Positions 60,625-64,000 of a stretch of 64,000 nt of DNA are shown in pieces. The notes under the pieces are model-generated. The model saw only the letters and a program-made list of their open reading frames with translations. It ran no database searches and was not told where the DNA came from. Where the stretch lies: assembly GCA_965215015.1 (NCBI GenBank), contig OZ244042.1, positions 5,248,001 to 5,312,000 on the forward strand, given 5' to 3'. The position numbers and the translations under genes were made by a program. The DNA comes from Candidatus Poribacteria bacterium. GTDB taxonomy: Bacteria; Poribacteria; WGA-4E; PCPOR2b. Positions within the stretch are counted from its first letter, which is position 1, and the number at the start of each line of letters is the position of its first letter.

Positions 60625-61236
60625 GCAACATGGACGCGGTACTATGAACTGAATGAAGGGCATTTCCAAGCCGGGGGGTAGACGTGCAATGAATTGCACT
60701 ACTACCAACTCACGTCCCCTAGCCCCCCCGCAAGCAGGGGGGAATTTGTTGGTGGGGGCGTCTATCAATACTTCTACATCGTAGTGGTCCAAGTCTTGAG
60801 CCCCTTACGAGTTTCTGGTATAGGAGTTACGCATTTCGGTTTGTAGTAGGGCGATTCATCGCCCGTCCAAACGCAACATGGACGCGGTACTATGAACTGA
60901 ATGAAGGGCATTTCCAAGCCGGGGGGTAGACGTGCAATGAATTGCACTACTACCAACTCACCCCCCCTAGCCCCCCCGCAAGCAGGGGGGAATTTGTTGG
61001 TGGGGGCGTCTACCAACACTTCTACATCGTAGTGGTCCAAGTCTTGAGCCCCTTACGAGTTTCTGATATAGGAGTTACGCATTTCGGTTTGTAGTAGGGC
61101 GATTCATCGCCCGTCCAAACGTGCCATGGACGCGGTACTATGAACTGAATGAAGGGCATTTCCAAGCCGGGGGGTAGACGTGCAATGAATTGCACTACTA
61201 CCAACTCACCCCCCCTAGCCCCCCCGCAAGCGGGGA
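60625..61236 (+). repeat. REP-mosaic tandem array, ~248-bp period, ~2.5 units
   Basis: GTAGTAGGGCGATTCATCGCCCG at 60843 and 61091; shares ~170 bp in direct orientation with the 53.4-54.8 kb array. Confidence 0.95.
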
Positions 61237-61357
61237 AGGTGATTATGGCAATACGATAAAAGCGTACACCAAAGCGATAGAAATCAAGCCACAGGTTATG
61301 TCCCTACTTTAACGAATGCGCTATACATCGCGCTGCTCTGGAGCGCGGGAAAATGAT

Positions 61358-63571
61358 ATGGAAAAACTTGTAGGTATCCTCGAACGCATTGTTTTTGAAA
61401 ATACGGAATCGGGCTATACCATCGCCCGATTGACCTCGCGTGATTACCCGAATGAACTGATCACCGTTGTAGGGAATCTTGCCGCCGCGAATGCCGGTGA
61501 GAGCCTCGCTCTCAAAGGGGAGTGGGTCAACAACCCGCAGTACGGTAGGCAGTTCAAGATCGAGGGGTATGAGACGGTGCTACCCGCAACAGTCGTTGGG
61601 TTGCGGAAGTACCTCGGTTCGGGGATGATCAAAGGCATCGGGCCGGTGATGGCGTCGCGAATCGTCAATAAGTTCGGGATGGACACGATGGAGGTGATTG
61701 AACAGACTCCCGAAAAGCTGAAGAGGGTTTCGGGAATCGGCAGCAAGCGTGTGGATACGATTAAGGTGGCGTGGGCAGCGCAACGCGAGATCAAAAACGT
61801 GATGCTCTTTCTGCAATCCAACAACGTCAGCACCGCCCATGCGGTCAAAATCTATAAAACCTACGAAAGCGAATCGATCGCGATTGTCCGTGAGAACCCC
61901 TATCGTCTGGCTGATGATATTTATGGAATAGGCTTCAAAACTGCGGATACCATTTCGCAAAATCTGGGTATCGCGCCTGAATCTCCGCATCGGGTGATGG
62001 CGGGCATAAAGTATGTCTTGAGCCATAAGGCGGATGACGGTCACGTTTTCCTGTATCGAGATGAATTGCTCACCGCGTGTGAGGAAATTTTAGAGCTCCC
62101 GCCCGATACAATTGAAGCCGGGATGGCAGAATTGAGTGCGAAAGAGGAAATTATTTCCGAAAATACGCCGACGGGAGAGGGGGTCTACCTCGCGCCATTT
62201 TATTATGCGGAGATTGGCGTCACCAATGCAATTTCAAAGTTATTGCAAATCCCTGCCCATCCTGTCCAACTCGGTTTTGTTGACGCGTCAATTGACCGGC
62301 TTGAAAAGCAGATGGGGATTCGTTTTGCTGCCAATCAGCGCGAGGCAGTTAAGACTGCGTTGACCGCTAAGGTGATGCTCTTGACAGGTGGGCCGGGGAC
62401 CGGAAAAACAACGACAACAATCGGCATGATCCGCCTCTTTGAAGTGCTTGAAAAAAGCGTTCTGCTGGCGGCACCCACCGGACGGGCAGCGAAACGCCTC
62501 AACGAGACGACTGGACGCGAAGCCAAGACCATCCACCGCCTGTTGGAGTTTTCGCCGCAGGAGAACGGTTTCAAACGGAATCGGGAGAACCCGTTGGATG
62601 CGGACGTGGTCATCGTTGATGAGATGTCAATGGTTGATCTGGTGTTGATGAACAACCTGATGAAAGCGGTGCCGCAGCGTGCAACCCTCATCATGATTGG
62701 CGATGTGGACCAACTTCCATCGGTGGGAGCGGGGAATGTCCTGACAGACCTGATCGCTTCTGGGCAGGTTACGGTTGTCACATTGACGGAGATTTTTCGT
62801 CAAGCGCAGCAGAGCTACATCGTCACCAACGCGCATCGCATCAATCGTGGCGAATTTCCGCAGACCACCGGCCCCGCCGACCGCAATTTCTTTTTTATAG
62901 AGGAGGAAGATCCGGATCGCGCGGTTGACCTGATATGTGACCTTGTGGGAAAACGTTTGCCGAAGCACTACGGTTACCACTCAATGGACGATATTCAGGT
63001 GCTCTGCCCGATGCGGCGTGGCACGGTTGGGTCTGAAAATTTCAACAAACGTTTGCAGGCAATCCTCAACGCTTCCTCGGAAGATGCGATTCGCGGGGGG
63101 CGAAATTTTCGCGTCGGAGATAAGGTGATGCAGATTCGGAACAACTACGACTATGAGGTTTTTAACGGTGACATTGGGCGCATCACCGATGTGGACTTCA
63201 TCGAGAAAGAGGTCACGATCCAATTCCCTGAAAAGCGTGTTGCTTTTGACATGGCGGATCTGAACGAATTGGTGCTAGCTTATGGTATCACGGTCCATAA
63301 GGCGCAGGGCAGCGAGTATCCTGCTGTCATTGTGCCGCTGATGACGCAGCACTATCTGATGCTGCAACGAAATCTCCTCTATACCGGCATTACGCGGGCG
63401 AAGGAGTTGGTCATCCTTGTTGGGACTAAGAAGGCACTCGGTATAGCGATCCGGAATAACAAGGTTGTTGAGCGGAATAGCTTTCTCGCTGAGCGACTTC
63501 GGGGTGCTTTGGGTGGAGATGCGGCGCACCTTCAGGATTGGATGGGGGAAGGTAGAGAGCGGATCGCGTAG
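61358..63571 (+). CDS. recD2: ATP-dependent RecD-like DNA helicase RecD2
   Basis: N-terminal OB/HhH (YLGSGMIKGIGP), TGGPGTGKTT, APTGRAAKRL, VDEMSM, GDVDQLPSVG, TVHKAQGSE, LLYTGITRAK. Confidence 0.95.
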   Translation: MEKLVGILERIVFENTESGYTIARLTSRDYPNELITVVGNLAAANAGESLALKGEWVNNPQYGRQFKIEGYETVLPATVVGLRKYLGSGMIKGIGPVMASRIVNKFGMDTMEVIEQTPEKLKRVSGIGSKRVDTIKVAWAAQREIKNVMLFLQSNNVSTAHAVKIYKTYESESIAIVRENPYRLADDIYGIGFKTADTISQNLGIAPESPHRVMAGIKYVLSHKADDGHVFLYRDELLTACEEILELPPDTIEAGMAELSAKEEIISENTPTGEGVYLAPFYYAEIGVTNAISKLLQIPAHPVQLGFVDASIDRLEKQMGIRFAANQREAVKTALTAKVMLLTGGPGTGKTTTTIGMIRLFEVLEKSVLLAAPTGRAAKRLNETTGREAKTIHRLLEFSPQENGFKRNRENPLDADVVIVDEMSMVDLVLMNNLMKAVPQRATLIMIGDVDQLPSVGAGNVLTDLIASGQVTVVTLTEIFRQAQQSYIVTNAHRINRGEFPQTTGPADRNFFFIEEEDPDRAVDLICDLVGKRLPKHYGYHSMDDIQVLCPMRRGTVGSENFNKRLQAILNASSEDAIRGGRNFRVGDKVMQIRNNYDYEVFNGDIGRITDVDFIEKEVTIQFPEKRVAFDMADLNELVLAYGITVHKAQGSEYPAVIVPLMTQHYLMLQRNLLYTGITRAKELVILVGTKKALGIAIRNNKVVERNSFLAERLRGALGGDAAHLQDWMGEGRERIA

Positions 63572-63602
63572 TTAGTAGGCACGCTCCGCATGCCTACTCC
63601 TA

Positions 63603-64000
63603 TTATGAAGGGTCTATCTCCTTTGCTTCGATGCGGACGCCTCGCCATGGCCGAATATCATCGCTTATTGCGTAGAACGCCGGAATTACGAACAGCGTCA
63701 GGAGGGTTGCCACCGACAGCCCCCAAACAACGGTGCTCGCCATTGGCATCCATATCGCGGATTTTCCACCAACTCCCAACGCCATCGGTAGCAGACCGCT
63801 CACGGTTGTAATTGAGGTGAGTAGGATGGGGCGTAGGCGGGTGCGGCCTGCATTGATAATCGCTTGCCATTTGCTAATCCCCTCTGTCCGTTGACGATTG
63901 ATAAACTCAACCAACACAATCGAATCATTCACGACGATGCCAGCCAGCGCGACGAGCCCGTATGTTGAAGCGGTGCTCAGTGGGTTGCCAGAGGTAAGCA
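63603..64000 (-). CDS. RND (AcrB/AcrD/AcrF family) permease, C-terminal part; 5' end outside the window
   Basis: ALAGIVVNDSIVLVEFIN, RLRPILLTSITT, LLPMALG, PMASTVVWGL. Confidence 0.92.
   Translation of the reverse strand, partial: LTSGNPLSTASTYGLVALAGIVVNDSIVLVEFINRQRTEGISKWQAIINAGRTRLRPILLTSITTVSGLLPMALGVGGKSAIWMPMASTVVWGLSVATLLTLFVIPAFYAISDDIRPWRGVRIEAKEIDPS

Overview
A 64-kb bacterial chromosomal segment of about 50% GC. Two secreted proteins ending in 'QN(Y/F)PNPFNPETWIPYQL', a DUF6785-like membrane protein and the repeat style suggest Candidatus Poribacteria (inference). About 40 mostly metabolic and envelope genes are separated by unusually repeat-laden intergenic DNA. These genes include a 3-hydroxyacyl-CoA dehydrogenase, a cohesin/spondin protein, an M36-like protease, a DUF2089/DUF4097 operon, mazG, fabV, RidA, a HAD dehalogenase, ggt, cstA, a frameshifted ThDP enzyme, a trpF-like gene, RND components, a YCF48-like protein and recD2. 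No rRNA, tRNA or CRISPR array was seen. Highlights: (1) an Rpn/YhgA-like nuclease gene followed by three orphan copies of its C-terminal module, each keeping the internal GGAGGT-N7-ATG start and differing in 12-bp repeat number (20/0/8/9), a candidate array of variant RpnS-type antitoxins or swap cassettes; (2) a Type ISP restriction-modification gene plus an unknown membrane-protein gene bracketed by direct REP-mosaic arrays; (3) a four-unit tandem array in which every unit carries TTGACA-N17-TATATT; (4) four IS200/IS605 right ends, one a promoter-preceded, ORF-less structured omegaRNA-like element; (5) a truncated group II intron 5' end inserted in a hairpin repeat. All family assignments are from motif recognition by eye, with no database search.
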